In this document: positions 21,426 to 30,731 of the stretch, piece by piece
Numbering within the stretch: the stretch's first letter is position 1
Layout of the letters: every line of letters starts with the position of its first letter
Source: an uncultured delta proteobacterium
GTDB taxonomy: Bacteria > Desulfobacterota > Binatia > UBA9968
Length of the DNA stretch: 64,000 nt
Direction: 5' to 3'
Assembly: GCA_963737905.1 (NCBI GenBank)
Contig: CAVTUQ010000038.1
Coordinates: forward strand, 64,001-128,000
The notes under the pieces: generated by a model
The model's input: only the letters and a program-made list of their open reading frames with translations
Databases searched by the model: none
What the model was told of the DNA's origin: nothing
Made by a program: the position numbers and the translations under genes

Positions 21426-22219
21426 GGACGGGCAAAGTCTATCTCGTCGGCGCGGGGCCGGGGGATCCGGGCCTGATCACGGTCCGCGGGTTGCAGTTGC
21501 TGCACAGCGCTCAGGTGATCGTTTACGATCAGTTGGTGAACCCTGCGCTCCTTGAAGAGACGCCGTCCACGGCCATCAGGATTTTTGTCGGCAAGCAAGC
21601 CGGACGCCATTGTATCGCTCAGGAAGAAATCAACCAGATACTCATCGACCATGCCCGGCTGGGTCACGAGGTTGTGCGACTCAAGGGCGGCGATCCTTTC
21701 GTTTTTGGTCGCGGCGGGGAAGAGGCGGAGGCGCTGTCTGATGCAGGGATCTGCTTTGAAATCGTCCCAGGTGTCAGCTCTGCGGTTGCGGTGCCGGCCT
21801 ACGCCGGTATTCCGATGACTCACAGAAAGTTCGCGTCGTCTTTCGCCGTAGTGACGGGACATGAAGCGCATAAGGGGAAATCCGCCGTGGACTGGGGCAA
21901 GCTGGCCACAGCGGTGGACACGCTCGTTATCTTAATGGGGCTGCACAATCTGCCGGCCATCGTGGCCAGGCTCATCACTCACGGCCGGTCGCCGGAAACT
22001 CCTGCAGCGGTCATTCGACGGGGAACCACCTCTGAGCAAGAAACGGTGATCGGGACCCTCGCGGATATCGTGGAGAAGAGCGCGTCGCTCGAGGCGCCAG
22101 CGTTGATCGTTATCGGTGAAGTGGTTGAGCTGAGAAACCAACTCGACTGGTTCTCTCCCGACACGGATTCTCCAGAGGAAACATGGTCGTCGGGCGAAGA
22201 AGAATTCATCGGCATCTAA
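21422..22219 (+). CDS. cobA: Uroporphyrinogen-III C-methyltransferase
   Basis: GKVYLVGAGPGDPGLIT, RLKGGDPFVFGRGGEE, GIPMTHR. Confidence 0.95.
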   Translation: MRTGKVYLVGAGPGDPGLITVRGLQLLHSAQVIVYDQLVNPALLEETPSTAIRIFVGKQAGRHCIAQEEINQILIDHARLGHEVVRLKGGDPFVFGRGGEEAEALSDAGICFEIVPGVSSAVAVPAYAGIPMTHRKFASSFAVVTGHEAHKGKSAVDWGKLATAVDTLVILMGLHNLPAIVARLITHGRSPETPAAVIRRGTTSEQETVIGTLADIVEKSASLEAPALIVIGEVVELRNQLDWFSPDTDSPEETWSSGEEEFIGI

Positions 22220-22239
22220 TATTTTGATTAGGCATCGTT

Positions 22240-22510
22240 ATGGAAACAACTTTCAACTTTGATTCAAACAGATATACACCGCGGGCACTGGGATTCAGGA
22301 TGAAGTCACGCCTCCCGGCCACCGAGTTTAGCCGCCCCGGCGATGGCTCACCTGGAGGCGCTGGAGAGCGAATTCGACATTGCCCGAGTCGATGTCAAAG
22401 CACAGCAACCCTTTGTCATTGACAGCTACGCGCGCAACCGCTCCACGGGGAGTTTTATCGTCATCGACGAGAATACCCATAGCACCGTCGCTGCCGGCAT
22501 GATCGTTTAG
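22240..22510 (+). pseudogene. Chimeric remnant of sulfate adenylyltransferase genes (cysD N-terminus fused to cysN C-terminus)
   Basis: 22343-22510 reads MAHLEALESE (like the CysD HLxxLExE start), then FDIARVDVKAQQPFVIDSYARNRSTGSFIVIDENTHSTVAAGMIV-stop (CysN C-terminus). The original start may be ATG 22240, with a +1 shift near 22331. Confidence 0.75.
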
Positions 22511-22542
22511 CGGTGTCCTCAGGAAGCCGCGGTAGGTCATGA

Positions 22543-23418
22543 GTGCCCTTTAGAATGGCTGTCGCCATGGAAACGAACTCCCGAACCGGCCTGCAAGGAC
22601 TTAGAATTATTTCTTTTGAAAGCCGTCGCGCAAAAGAGATGGCGGAGTTGATTCGCCGTCACGGTGGTGAGCCCATCGTCGCGCCGTCCATGCGCGAGGT
22701 GCCTCTCGCCGAAAACAACGCTCCATTAGAGCTTTTCCAAAAAATAGAAGCCAGACAGATCGATTTGGTTGTCCTGCTCACCGGAGTCGGCACGCGAACC
22801 ATGGTGGATGCGCTCGCCATTCACTATTCACGGGAACGGATCGCGTCGCTGCTCGGTAGCGTGACCCTTCTGGCTCGGGGACCGAAGCCAGTTGCGGCGC
22901 TGAAAGAGCTGGAGTTGCAGCCGGCGTTTACGGCGCCGGAGCCCAATACTTGGAAAGAAGTGCTCGCGGTTCTGGATTCCAATGTCCCGCTCAAGGGAAA
23001 GCGCATCGCCGTTCAAGAATACGGCATTACCAATCAGGAGCTACTCTCCGGACTAGAGGCGCGTGGCGCCGAAATATTGCGGGTGCCGGTGTATCGCTGG
23101 GCGTTGCCGGAGAATATCGCTCCCCTACAAGCCGCCATCCGCGAGATCGTAGAAGCTCAAGCCGATGTCGTCGTCTTTACGAGCGCGACCCAAGTGGAAA
23201 ACGTCTTCCAATTGGCACAACAAGATGGATTGGACGCCAAGCTGTCCAAAGCCTTGGTACAACCTTTAGTCGTTTCCATCGGCCCAGTGTGCAGTGAGGC
23301 TCTAGCACGCTTCGGCCTCAAGCCCGACTTCGAACCTCGGCATCCCAAGATGGGCTTTATGATCGGTGAATTGGCGGCCTCGGCGCAGAAGCTGTTGAAT
23401 GCGAAGCGCCAAAATTAG
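22543..23418 (+). CDS. hemD: Uroporphyrinogen-III synthase
   Basis: ESRRAKEMAELIRRHGG, ARGPKP, VYRWALP, FTSATQV, SIGPVC. Confidence 0.85.
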   Translation: MPFRMAVAMETNSRTGLQGLRIISFESRRAKEMAELIRRHGGEPIVAPSMREVPLAENNAPLELFQKIEARQIDLVVLLTGVGTRTMVDALAIHYSRERIASLLGSVTLLARGPKPVAALKELELQPAFTAPEPNTWKEVLAVLDSNVPLKGKRIAVQEYGITNQELLSGLEARGAEILRVPVYRWALPENIAPLQAAIREIVEAQADVVVFTSATQVENVFQLAQQDGLDAKLSKALVQPLVVSIGPVCSEALARFGLKPDFEPRHPKMGFMIGELAASAQKLLNAKRQN

Positions 23419-23546
23419 ACGCCCGATCACTGTCGCTCTCCTTCATCTATCGACTGAAATCCGCGACCCAATCCATGAAAAAGCTTGACTGGCGGAACGT
23501 TTGCAAATATGTGTCTGCCTGATCACCCAGGTAAATTGGAGCCATC

Positions 23547-25202
23547 ATGCGTGTTGCAGACGCGGTTGTTGATATCTTCAGGTCGGAGGGAGTTAAATTC
23601 GTCGCTGCCTTGCCGGGAGACGACATACTCCCGTTGTTCGACGCTTTCCACGAAAAGAACGATATCCCATTGATTCTCACGCGCCACGAACAGGCCACGG
23701 TCTTCATGGCCGATGGCTACGCTCGGAGCTGCGGCGAGCCAGGCGTGGCGATGGTGACCAAAGGGCCGGGGCGATGCAATGCCATGACAGCTATTGTCAA
23801 TGCTTTCACGGACTGCGTGCCTCTTGTCGTTATCTTCGGTCACAGCTCTCGAAAGCAACTCGCCAAAGGGATGCTGCAAGAAGTACCGTACCTCGATACG
23901 TTCCAAACCGTGGCGAAATGGACGTTCAGCATTCCTTCGCCGGAGCGCGTGCCGGAGGTATTTCGCCGCGCCTTTACCTTGGCGCGCTCAGGTCGCCCGG
24001 GGCCGGTGATCATCGAGATCCCGCAGGACATCAGCATGGCGCAGGCCGACATCCCTCCTTATACCCGGACCCGCCGCGTGCGCTTCGGTCCCGATCCTTA
24101 TGACATCGACAAATTGCTTGAGCTGATGCGCGAGTCGATGCGGCCCCTGATATACGTGGGACGCGGGGCACTCTGGTCAGGTGCGACGGAGGATCTCGTC
24201 AGGGTTGCCGAAGCGTTCGCGCTTCCAGTGATGGCGACGCTTCCTGCCAAGGGTGCCATGCCCGAGGACCATCCCTTATGTCTCGGCCTCGGCGGTTACC
24301 CGCGCGCAGTTTACAGCACGGGGCAGTCAAAGAAATTCGCCGAGGAGGCGGATCTGGTCATTGCTTTGGGTTGCAGTTTTCGGCAGCACGCGACTTCCAA
24401 TTGGCTGCCTAAGCCGGCCCACGCGAAGCTCGTCCAAGTGGACATCGATCCGGCCGAACTGCACAAGAATTACGCCGCGGACCTGGTCATGCTTTCCGAT
24501 CTCAAACTCTTCTTGCAAGCGCTGCTCCAACAAGGCACTCAAAAACTGGGCGGGTGGCGCAAAGGGATGAACAGAGTCGTGGCCGAAGAAATTAGCGAGC
24601 TCAAAAAGCAATGGATGGATTCCTGGAGCCAACGGCTGACTTCCGATGAAGTTCCCATAAATCCCTACCGCGCGTGTTGGGAACTGACCAACTGCCTCGA
24701 TCGCCGCAATTCGATTCTCTTGCACGACGCCGGCGTCACGCGCGCCTACGTCTCGCACCATTATGAAGCGCTGTTTCCTAATGGCTTTATCGGCTTCGGC
24801 GGCACCAGCGCTATGGGCTGGTCCACGCCCGCGGCCATGGGCGCGAAACTGGCCCATCCAGATAAGACCGTCCTCAATGTCACGGGTGATGGCTCCTTCG
24901 GTTTGACCGGCATGGAGATCGAGACTGCAGCGCGTAACGACATCCGGACTCTGACGGTAATCTTGAACAACCAAAGTCTCGGTGCCAGCCGGGAGACGCT
25001 TCACGAGCGTTTTAAGGGACACGAAATCGGCATCTCGCTCAGAGGCGATTACGCGGCGGTGGCGCGAGCGCTTGGCGCTTATGGCGAGCGGGTCGAGCAG
25101 CCGCATGATTTGCGGCCGGCTTTAGGCCGCGCACTCGCGCACCCCGGGCCGGCATTGTTGGAGGTTGGCGTGAAACCGTTGGAACCGAGACCGTGGAGGT
25201 AG
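23547..25202 (+). CDS. Thiamine pyrophosphate-binding enzyme (acetolactate synthase-like superfamily)
   Basis: RHEQATVFMADGYAR, GRPGPV, GDGSFG...NN TPP motif. Confidence 0.92.
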   Translation: MRVADAVVDIFRSEGVKFVAALPGDDILPLFDAFHEKNDIPLILTRHEQATVFMADGYARSCGEPGVAMVTKGPGRCNAMTAIVNAFTDCVPLVVIFGHSSRKQLAKGMLQEVPYLDTFQTVAKWTFSIPSPERVPEVFRRAFTLARSGRPGPVIIEIPQDISMAQADIPPYTRTRRVRFGPDPYDIDKLLELMRESMRPLIYVGRGALWSGATEDLVRVAEAFALPVMATLPAKGAMPEDHPLCLGLGGYPRAVYSTGQSKKFAEEADLVIALGCSFRQHATSNWLPKPAHAKLVQVDIDPAELHKNYAADLVMLSDLKLFLQALLQQGTQKLGGWRKGMNRVVAEEISELKKQWMDSWSQRLTSDEVPINPYRACWELTNCLDRRNSILLHDAGVTRAYVSHHYEALFPNGFIGFGGTSAMGWSTPAAMGAKLAHPDKTVLNVTGDGSFGLTGMEIETAARNDIRTLTVILNNQSLGASRETLHERFKGHEIGISLRGDYAAVARALGAYGERVEQPHDLRPALGRALAHPGPALLEVGVKPLEPRPWR

Positions 25203-25244
25203 GGGGATACGAACACTAGCACGTGGATTTGGGGGAACTTTGAC

Positions 25245-26486
25245 ATGCTTTACAATCGCGATCGTTTATTCGCGCTAATGGATAAATACGATTTGGCAGG
25301 CGTCGTCGCGGCGACGCCGGAGAACGTCTATTATTTGAGCGGCCACGCTTCGTGGAGCCAGAACGGCTACCGCTATGGCGGCTCGCAGGTCTATGTGGTT
25401 TTCCCGCACGACACTGCGCAATCGCCGGCGTTACTTATTCCCGGCGGCGACGTCGGCTATGCGGCCTTGGATGAAGTGTGGCTCAGGGAAGTCTACACTT
25501 ACGGGCGCCCGCGCAAGCACCACGTTTCCGACATGGAGAAGTTATCTTTAGAAGAAAGACGCACGGTGGAAATCACCCAAGGGGAACCTAAAGGGCCGAC
25601 GGCGGAGAAAGCGCTTGCCCAGTTGATCAAAGACAAAGGCATGGGCCGAGGTCGGATCGGCATGGACCACTTCGGGATTCCTCTGACGATCTACGAAACG
25701 ATTCGATCGTTTCTGCCGGAAGCCAAGCTGCAACCGGCATCGAGTTTTTTCCGCTATGTGCGCATGATCAAAACGCCCGGCGAAATTCAGAGGTTGCGGG
25801 AGTCGGCCGAGCTCAACGAACAAGCGATCAATACTATGCTGAGGGCCGCGAAACCCGGGGTGAGAGAGAGCGAGCTTGCCGGGATCTACAAAGCTGAGAT
25901 AGCAAGAGCCGGCGGGCAGGTTTACTGGATGCATATGGCCGTCAGCCGCGGCGGCAACTTTCCCGCCATCAAAGATAAAATTTTGCAGGAGGGCGATATC
26001 TTCCGCGTCGACATGGGTTGCTCCATCAATGGCTACCATGCGGACGTTTGCAAATCCGGCTGTGTAGGAGCGGAACCGACCGATGAGCATCGCAAGCGTT
26101 ACGACGCCGTTCAGGCGGGGGTGCTGAGATCGGTGGAAGCGCTCAAACCCGGAGCGCGACCGCAAGATCTCTACGAAACCATGGTTCAGGGAGTGCGCGC
26201 GGCGGGAATTCCGAACTATTCAAATTTCTTCCTGGGGCACACTATCGGTCTCGAAGCGAGAGAATTTCCGTTCTTGATCGGGCCTGCAGAGGAAGTGAAT
26301 GATCCATTCCTGCCCAACACGACCAACATTCCTATGGAGCCCGGCATGACGGTTAACCTGGAAGCCTCCAGTCACGAAGTCGGTTGGGGCACTGTGCAAG
26401 TCGAATACACGTTGGCAGTAACGAACAATGGCCACGAACATCTGATCAAGCCGGACCAGAAATTGTTCACCTTGCCGTTACGCTGA
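25245..26486 (+). CDS. M24 family (Xaa-Pro peptidase/creatinase-like) protein
   Basis: PENVYYLSG, RMIKTPGEI, DMGCSINGYHAD, GHTIGL, NLE, VEY. Confidence 0.88.
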   Translation: MLYNRDRLFALMDKYDLAGVVAATPENVYYLSGHASWSQNGYRYGGSQVYVVFPHDTAQSPALLIPGGDVGYAALDEVWLREVYTYGRPRKHHVSDMEKLSLEERRTVEITQGEPKGPTAEKALAQLIKDKGMGRGRIGMDHFGIPLTIYETIRSFLPEAKLQPASSFFRYVRMIKTPGEIQRLRESAELNEQAINTMLRAAKPGVRESELAGIYKAEIARAGGQVYWMHMAVSRGGNFPAIKDKILQEGDIFRVDMGCSINGYHADVCKSGCVGAEPTDEHRKRYDAVQAGVLRSVEALKPGARPQDLYETMVQGVRAAGIPNYSNFFLGHTIGLEAREFPFLIGPAEEVNDPFLPNTTNIPMEPGMTVNLEASSHEVGWGTVQVEYTLAVTNNGHEHLIKPDQKLFTLPLR

Positions 26487-26680
26487 CTAGGGTCGGTGGG
26501 GTCGCCGCGAGGCGCGGCACCTGCTCCGACACCAACGAAAGCCTGCTCCGAATAGATGGCCAGGGACGCCATCTCGTACTTATCCAACTTTTCTTGCGCC
26601 AGCAGGTTGATTCTTGCGCATAGCTTGATAAAGATTCTCAGAACCAGTTTATTGCAGCCACAAGAGGGGAGGGTGCTACG

Positions 26681-27340
26681 ATGAGAGCAAGTATTTTTTC
26701 AATGGGTGCAATTGTACTCACCGCGTGCCTAGTTACCACTGCCGCGCACGCCGATATGCAAGATGACATCAACCAGGCTGTTTCGGTTCTTGATCACTTC
26801 CAGGCGATCCCTGAATCAGCAATTCCGGATGTGATCCTGCGCGAGGCGAAAGGCCTGGCAATCCTTACTGTCACAAAAGCTGGATTCGTCTTCAGTGGCA
26901 GAGGCGGGACCGGCATTGTCGTTGCGCGAACGGAGAAGGGTTGGAGCGGTCCCTCGGCAATCGGCGCGGGAGGGATGGGATTCGGCTTTCAGGCTGGGGC
27001 TCAAGTCTCTGAGCTCGTGTTTGTCCTCAACACTCCTGATGCCGTCGTCGCGTTCGCGAAAGGGGGTAACGTCACCCTCGGGGGCGCCATGAGCTTAGCG
27101 ACGGGTCCCGTGGGACGTGACCTCGAAGGCAGCATGACCCTGGGGGCGGTTATATATACTTATAGCCGAAGCCAAGGATTATTCGCCGGCGTTTCCTTGG
27201 AGGGTACGGTAGTCTACACCCGGGACGAGGCCAACGCGGAATTTTACGGTAAACCGGTCCAGTCAAGAGAGATTCTCTCGGGCAGCATAGCGCCGCCGGC
27301 CGGTGCAGAGAAGTTGCTAAAGTTTCTCTCCAAATACTGA
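26681..27340 (+). CDS. Exported SYLF/Ysc84 lipid-binding domain protein
   Basis: Signal peptide, KAGFVFSGRGGTG, GFQAG, YSRSQGLFAGVSLEG. Confidence 0.9.
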   Translation: MRASIFSMGAIVLTACLVTTAAHADMQDDINQAVSVLDHFQAIPESAIPDVILREAKGLAILTVTKAGFVFSGRGGTGIVVARTEKGWSGPSAIGAGGMGFGFQAGAQVSELVFVLNTPDAVVAFAKGGNVTLGGAMSLATGPVGRDLEGSMTLGAVIYTYSRSQGLFAGVSLEGTVVYTRDEANAEFYGKPVQSREILSGSIAPPAGAEKLLKFLSKY

Positions 27341-27347
27341 GCGCAGC

Positions 27348-27785
27348 TCAGAATCCCATTCTGGATTTCTGGTTTTCATACAAGACCTTCATCAGCTCGG
27401 CGCACTCCGATGTGGACATGAGCTTCTGCCATGACGGCAGATTGTTACCTACTCGGTCGGTGAGAACCGCGTAATCGTTAAGGACTGTCATGAGAATTTC
27501 TCTTACCGGACCATTTCTCAGTTCTGGCTCATTGACAAGTTTTTTGTACAATGCCTCATCGAGAACATGAGCGTCAAAAGTTTTACCGCCGCCGCTTCGA
27601 ATCTGAAAATCATACTGTGAGAGTAACTGCTCCAATCCGTTTACGTATCCCAACACAAAGATTTCTCGAATATCCTTGTCTGATGCCATCCATTGTCGGC
27701 CCGTGATTTCTGTCATAGTCTGAGCCGAAGCTGAGGCTGCCCACGCTAAAAATGCGGCGGGCACGATAAGGTTTCTAATCTTCAT
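27348..27785 (-). CDS. Hypothetical exported protein
   Basis: GGAG before ATG 27785; signal peptide ending ASA-Q. Confidence 0.65.
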   Translation of the reverse strand: MKIRNLIVPAAFLAWAASASAQTMTEITGRQWMASDKDIREIFVLGYVNGLEQLLSQYDFQIRSGGGKTFDAHVLDEALYKKLVNEPELRNGPVREILMTVLNDYAVLTDRVGNNLPSWQKLMSTSECAELMKVLYENQKSRMGF

Positions 27786-28169
27786 GCGACTCTCCCTCCG
27801 GCTTGTGATAAGAGCATCGGATGTGCCATTAGGCAGAACCGGCAAATATGGAGTATGACGGACGGTTCAAGAACTAGCGGTAAACTCCGCTGTGAGGTGG
27901 TAGAGGTAGAACTGCCTTCTGTTGGCTATCCGGGTGCGTTTTAGCCCGACGGTTCCCACTTAGGTGATGGCGGGGAGCTTACGCGGAGTTTGATTGTTGA
28001 CAGTACGCTCTACGCACGATAGCTTCGCGTTGCTCGTAACACGCGAGTCCCATAACGTGGCTCTTTGGCGTCTATTAGGTACTCTTGCGTACCCTTGTGA
28101 TGAAATGGCCCGAGGGGTGACGGAAAGTATTCTGGCGGTCAGAGGCTACTTCTGAAAGGAAGGTCTACC

Positions 28170-29054
28170 ATGGCGACTATCCACGATATTGTGCAGGTCG
28201 GGGTCGGCGTGCCGGATCGCGAAAGATTCGAGAAATTTGCGCGTGACATGCTGGGATTTCCTGTCGCCAGATCGCCGGACGAAAAGGTCACCTATGTGAG
28301 GCCGGATCACTATCAGCATCGCATTGCAGCAAGTGCGGCTTCGGAACCGGTTCTGCGCTATATCGGATTTGACGTCGGAGGGCCTGAAGAGCTTGCCGAG
28401 TGGGAGACGAAGCTCACAGCCGAAGGGATCGATTGGCGCCCCAGCACTCCGGAAGAGTGTGTCGAACGACATTTGACCGATTTTATCGAATTCAAGGACC
28501 CCGATGGACACCGTCTAGCTTTGTCGTATGGCTTTGAGGTCGACAAAGAGCCGGTGCACTATACCCGTGATCTCAGGGTTCTCCGCTTGGGCCACGTGCT
28601 GCTAACGGTAAAGGATACCCAGCGAACGCATGATTTTTACACCGGTGTGTTGGGCTTTCGTCTGAGTGATTGGGTAATCGTGGACGACAGCGTTCGTTTG
28701 TGCTTCTTGCGCTGTAACGCCCGCCATCACAGTATGGCTTTCGCTCCATGCATGCCAGGCAAGTCTCCGAGGCTGCAGCACGTCATGCTCGAAGTGGAAT
28801 CGCTCGATGATGTGATGCGCTCCTATCACTTCCTGCGCATCCACAAGGCACCCATCGGTATGGGACCCGGCCGGCACATCAACTGTCAGACCGTCCATGT
28901 TTATGTCCAAACTCCTGGCGGATTTGCCGTGGAGTTTGGCTGGGGCCACCGCCGTCTCGACGACGTCCTACACCAGCCGGTCGTCTATCCCCCGGGCAGT
29001 CCCATCGATATCTGGGGAGGGGACATCCAGAGCCCGGAATTCGAGCTTGGATAG
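28170..29054 (+). CDS. Two-domain VOC extradiol ring-cleavage dioxygenase (BphC/HsaC-like)
   Basis: LGHV, FLRCNARHHS, LQHVMLE, GRH, YVQTPGGFAVEFG. Confidence 0.88.
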   Translation: MATIHDIVQVGVGVPDRERFEKFARDMLGFPVARSPDEKVTYVRPDHYQHRIAASAASEPVLRYIGFDVGGPEELAEWETKLTAEGIDWRPSTPEECVERHLTDFIEFKDPDGHRLALSYGFEVDKEPVHYTRDLRVLRLGHVLLTVKDTQRTHDFYTGVLGFRLSDWVIVDDSVRLCFLRCNARHHSMAFAPCMPGKSPRLQHVMLEVESLDDVMRSYHFLRIHKAPIGMGPGRHINCQTVHVYVQTPGGFAVEFGWGHRRLDDVLHQPVVYPPGSPIDIWGGDIQSPEFELG

Positions 29055-29089
29055 CACCGCACCCTTCATCATGAACTAGGGAGGAAACG

Positions 29090-30085
29090 ATGAAAACGAT
29101 TCGCTTACTGGGCCTTCTGATTCTCGCTGGCATTCTTATTTCGCCGGCATCCGTGTTCGCGCAGAAAACCGTCGTCGCCTGGACTGCCGTTAGCGCGCTC
29201 AATTCTCCGTATTGGGTCATGAAAGAGGCCGGCTTCTTTAAGCAAGAAGACCTGGACGTAGATTTGATTTATATTCCCAGCTCGGCGACGGTAGCGCAGG
29301 CGATGCTGGCGGGAGAAGTCGCGGTCTCGGCGGCCAATAGCCAAGTCGTAACGGACAGCGGGCTTCAGGGCGGGGATCTTGTGTCGATGGGGGCGATTGT
29401 CAACGTCGTGGCCTTCTATGTCATGGCGGTTCCGGAAATCAAACGCATCGAAGACCTCAAGGGGAAACCCGTCGGTGTAACCCGCTTTGGCGCTTCCACT
29501 GACTTTGGGATAAGGATGCTATTGTCCAAGTATGGACTCGTGGCGGGTCGTGACGTCCCGATACTTCAGATCGGCGGGATGCCGGAGATCGCCAGTGCGC
29601 TCTCAAAGCGGTCGATCTATGCGGCGCCGATGTCATATCCGATGGCTTACGTGGCCGAGCAAGCCGGCGTAAAGATGCTCGCCAATCTCGCGAAGGAAGA
29701 TATTCCGTTCATGCACGTCGGGCTCACCACGACGCGCAAGTTTCTCCGAGAAAATAGAAGCCGTGCCAAAGCGATCCTGCGCGCCTATGGACGCGCGGTT
29801 CATTTCATGCACACCAAGAAGGAAGAAACCAAATCCATCTTCGCCCGCTACACCAAGGTCACTGATCCGGGAATGTTGGAAGGCAGCCTCCAGTACGCCT
29901 ACGACTTTGTCGAGAAAGTCCCTCTGGTGAAGGCCAAAGCTTTTCAGGTGACTCTAGAACAAATTGCCCTGAAGAACCCCAAAGCCAAGCAAGCCAAACC
30001 GGAGGAGTTTTTTGACAATAGCCTTGTGCAGGAACTTGTAAACGAAGGGTTTTTCACGTCGCTTTGGGGGAAAAATCCGTTGTGA
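29090..30085 (+). CDS. ABC transporter substrate-binding protein, NMT1/SsuA-like
   Basis: Signal peptide, EAGFFKQEDLDV, DLKGKPVGVTRFGASTD, EGFF. Confidence 0.88.
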   Translation: MKTIRLLGLLILAGILISPASVFAQKTVVAWTAVSALNSPYWVMKEAGFFKQEDLDVDLIYIPSSATVAQAMLAGEVAVSAANSQVVTDSGLQGGDLVSMGAIVNVVAFYVMAVPEIKRIEDLKGKPVGVTRFGASTDFGIRMLLSKYGLVAGRDVPILQIGGMPEIASALSKRSIYAAPMSYPMAYVAEQAGVKMLANLAKEDIPFMHVGLTTTRKFLRENRSRAKAILRAYGRAVHFMHTKKEETKSIFARYTKVTDPGMLEGSLQYAYDFVEKVPLVKAKAFQVTLEQIALKNPKAKQAKPEEFFDNSLVQELVNEGFFTSLWGKNPL

Positions 30086-30129
30086 GATAAGGCCAAGCGG
30101 CCGGGTCACTAAGCAGAAAGGATCAGGTC

Positions 30130-30672
30130 ATGGGACGCTTGCCAGATGTCGATGAAGGCAAACTCTCTTCGGAGCAGCGACGAATTTACGAGCAAATAAT
30201 GGGCGCCCGTGGCCATATGCGCGGCCCCTTCGCGGTTTGGTTGCGCAACGCTGAGCTCTGCGAAAACACGCTCAAGTTGCAGGAAATGTTTGCTTCACGA
30301 GTGAACGTTGAACGAAGGTTGCTCGAGTTGATGATCCTGATTTCGGCGCGGCTGGCCAGCGCGAAATATGCCTGGTTCATACACGAGCCCCACGCGATTA
30401 AGTTCGGCATCTCACCCGATATCGTCCAAGCCATCCGCGAAGGTCGCACGCCGGAATTCACCTGCGAGGACGAGCGCCTCGTCTATGACATCACCCAGGA
30501 ACTCAGCACCACCCGGTCGCTATCTGAGACAAATTACCATCGCGGCATGGCGATCCTCGGGGAACAGCGAATGGTCGAGCTCGTCAGCGCGATCGGCTTT
30601 TACGTAATGGTTGCGATGACACTAAATGCATTCGCCGTTTCGGTTCCCGAAGGCAAGGAACCATGGGCTTAA
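30130..30672 (+). CDS. Carboxymuconolactone decarboxylase/AhpD-like protein
   Basis: GPFAVWL, ELMILISAR, YAWFIH, VELVSAIGFY..LNAF. Confidence 0.82.
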   Translation: MGRLPDVDEGKLSSEQRRIYEQIMGARGHMRGPFAVWLRNAELCENTLKLQEMFASRVNVERRLLELMILISARLASAKYAWFIHEPHAIKFGISPDIVQAIREGRTPEFTCEDERLVYDITQELSTTRSLSETNYHRGMAILGEQRMVELVSAIGFYVMVAMTLNAFAVSVPEGKEPWA

Positions 30673-30731
30673 GAACGCAATGGTTCAAGTGGGCCCGCGT
30701 GGCATGACGCCGCAGCCTTACCGCACGCGAC

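Noticed and set aside
23547-25202. TPP enzyme as sulfoacetaldehyde acetyltransferase (Xsc) supplying sulfite
   Set aside because: Attractive from context, but only generic TPP-family motifs are visible and it appears to have its own promoter region. A phylogeny would be needed.
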